This document shows positions 6,134 through 8,358 of a stretch of DNA of 8,358 nt, piece by piece. Source of the DNA: Fonticula alba ATCC 38817. Its lineage: Eukaryota > Protista > Nucleariida. The notes beneath the pieces are model-generated. The model was not told where the DNA came from. It searched no databases and was given only the letters and a program-made list of their open reading frames with translations. A program made the position numbers and the translations under genes. The stretch lies in assembly GCA_000388065.2 (NCBI GenBank), contig KB932203.1. One strand, 5' to 3'. Numbering within the stretch: position 1 is the stretch's first letter; every line of letters starts with the position of its first letter.

Positions 6134-8343
6134 TCAGAAGTCATTGAACCGACCGCGCAGCATTTTTTTGGCCAGTCGGTCGCTCGTTTGGTGCGGCGGC
6201 GGCGGCGGCTGCTGCTGCTGCTGCTGCTGAAGGTGGGGGTAATGCTGGGGCAGGTCCTCGCCGAAGGAGGGGACACGGTCGACAGGCACCAGCGAGCCGA
6301 CGGAGCGCTCCTTGAAGGACGCATTCTGCTCCAGCATGCGCGACCAGGAGGGCGAACTCTCCGGAGGCGCGGCGGGCCCGATGCCGGTGGCGGCCGTGCC
6401 GCCGCGGCTGCTGCTCGGCCCCGCCCCGGCCGGGGGGAAGAAGAAAGACATCTCCGCCTCGGGCGGAGGGGAGGATGGCGACCGCTGGGTCCCGGCCAGG
6501 GCGCCGGCGTGGGGCGCCGCCCCCCCCTGCTGGGTCAGCATATGGCCGGAGAGGGGCTTCAGCCGGTCCAGCACCGAGCCGAGGGGCGACAGGGGGGACG
6601 ACTCGCCGGCCGTGGCCATGCCGCTGCCCGCCGTGCCGGCCGCCATCGGCCCCCCGCCGGCCAAGTACAGGTCGTCCTCCGGGCAGAGGCCCAGCGCCAG
6701 CGGGGTGATGAGCAGGGCCGGGTCCGTGGTGGAGCCGGCTCCGCCGCCCGGCGTCCGCGGCGACGGAGGTACAGCCCCCCCCGGCGGGGGGTCCCGCTCG
6801 ACCGGGGTCACGGACAGCAGCGAGCGACGGAGGGCCGCGGCCCAGGCATTGAGGCCGCCGCCGCCGCCGCCGGCATTCATCCCGGCCCCGGCCGAGGCGG
6901 GGTCTTGGACCCGGACCACGGTCGGCGGCACCGCCCGACCGGTCTTGTCCAGGGTGACCACGCGCCGGGCGCCGGCGGCCGGGCCCACGCTCGGAGATGA
7001 GGGGGCAGTTGGGACGCTGATGTCCGCCACGGCCATCGTGGCCGGTGGGGGCGGCGGCCGCTGTGCCGGCGCGGCCGGCGCCGGCACCTCGGCAAAGAGC
7101 AGCTGGCAGCCCTCGCCATCGAAGAGGACGCACGCCGGGCCGCTGATGGCAACGGCCGGCGTGGCGGCCGCCATCTTCCTGGCCGACTGAGGGGAGGCCG
7201 GCGGCGACCGCGGCGACCGCAACACCGGGGGCACACCCCGTGGCGAGGAGACCGGCGTCAAGTCGGGTGCCGCGTCGGTGAGGGCGACCTCCCCCCCGGC
7301 CACCGAAGCCATGCTTTGCTCGGCGGGATGCTGCTTGCCCTGCTGCTTGCCCTGTTGCGGCGGCCCGTGCGACTCGGGATGCTGCTGGTGGTCGACCAGG
7401 CTGCGATCCGGGAGACCATCAAATCCCAGAAGCGGCGTCGGGGGCTGCCGCTCCGGCAACGAGGGGTCCGCCGGGGCGTTCGAGCCGGCTGCCGCGCCCG
7501 GGCGCCCGGCAATCGACCCGAGCGTGCCCCACAGCGAATGCCGCCGGGACAGGCGCGTCGGCGGCGCCACCACCGGGGGGGGCTCGCTCGCGTGAGCCCC
7601 CGCGGAAGTCGCCGCCAGGGCACCCGAAGCAAGGGCCGCCTTGTTGCGAGGAGGGCCCGCCCCGGAGGGGGGAGCCTTCCATCCGGCGACCGGGAAGAAA
7701 TCCTCCGATTGCCTGCTGGGGCTGGGCTGCTGGCGGAGGGACCCCTCGCCGGAAGCCAGCCCGGCGCCGCTGTCTGTGCCATGGCTGCCGTGGCTGCTGC
7801 CGGCGGTGGTGGGGGCCGTGGCGAGGGCCCCCGCCGCGCCGAGCTGGCTCACCAGCGGCTGGGCCAAGTGCAGGCTGCTGCAATCGGCGCTCGGATGCAT
7901 CGACGAGGGGTATGGCTGCTGCGGGGGGAGGCTGGCCCGGCGACCGCCGCCGCCGGCGCCGCCGCCGCCGTCCGCGAAGGGCGGGCCCGGCGGCATGCTG
8001 CCGGCCGCGAGATCAGCCGGGTTGAAGATCCGACTCAAGAGGGACTTTGCCGGGCTGGCCCCCCCGGAGGAGGGCGACGTGGGGCTCGACACCGGGGGCT
8101 GCTCGACAGCCGCCACCCCGGCGACCGGGATGTCAAAGCCAACGCGGCGGAATGCCGGAGCCGCGGCCGCCGTGTCGGCCGAGGGCCCGGACGCGCCCTG
8201 CGGCGGAGGCAGGGACGTCCCCATGGCAGCGGCCGCCAATGACGACCGGCGAACCACGCGAGGGGATCCGTCAGCCGGCGGCGAGCCGAGGGCGTGCGTC
8301 CACTCCCGGGCCCCGCCGGTGCCGGGGCGTGAGGAGAGGAACT
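6134..8343 (-). CDS. 3'-terminal exon of a gene truncated by the window edge; Pro/Ser/Gly/Ala-rich, largely disordered protein of unknown function (possible PH-like segment)
   Basis: The 707-aa ORF (6134-8257) has no ATG start and stays open upstream to the window end (EFLSSRPGTGGAREWTHALGSPPADGSPRV...). Probable acceptor CCCCCCGACACGCAG ends at 8344. Coding-type GC3-rich codons, none of the intron-type CA or long poly-C tracts; TGA at 6136-6134. Confidence 0.75.
6194..6229 (-). repeat. (CAG)7(CCG)5 encoding Q7P5 in gene 2
   Basis: The plus strand reads (CGG)5(CTG)7. Confidence 0.95.
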
Positions 8344-8358
8344 CTGCGTGTCGGGGGG

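Noticed and set aside
5891-8242. Plus-strand ORFs 5891..7000, 6312..7190, 7316..8242 and minus alternate frames 6141..7133, 7258..7782, 7419..7883 as overlapping genes
   Set aside because: Antisense or shifted shadows of the 707-aa frame; Arg/Gly/Pro-dominated, while the 707-aa frame is the longest and has coherent motifs.

Overview
This is eukaryotic, very GC-rich genomic DNA with spliceosomal introns and one assembly gap (N 3143-3271). The style (GTRCGY donors, C-rich introns, homopolymer-laden proteins) suggests a unicellular eukaryote; Fonticula alba is my best guess, by inference only. There are two convergent genes. Gene 1 (+ strand) has 7 exons: 22-913, 1336-1592, 1771-1826, 2030-2148, 2367-2938, 3301-4393, 4562-5193. 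That is 3621 nt, or 1206 aa plus stop, and all six GT-AG junctions are phase-compatible. It encodes a triose-phosphate-transporter / SLC35E-type 10-TM DMT-fold transporter whose ~300-aa core is buried in ~900 aa of His/Gly/Ala/Pro-rich low-complexity sequence. Gene 2 (- strand) is represented by a large 3'-terminal exon (~8343 to stop at 6134) of a gene that starts beyond the window. It is mostly disordered, with a possible cryptic PH-like domain and several short linear motifs. The 940-bp gap between the stop codons holds microsatellites and one AATAAT AT-island per strand. I see no RNA gene, CRISPR array or intact mobile element, and I cannot support a new multi-gene system. The best leads are the IDR-wrapped transporter with a terminal PxIxIT-like motif, the uniformly distant CTGAC branch points, and the possible hidden PH domain.
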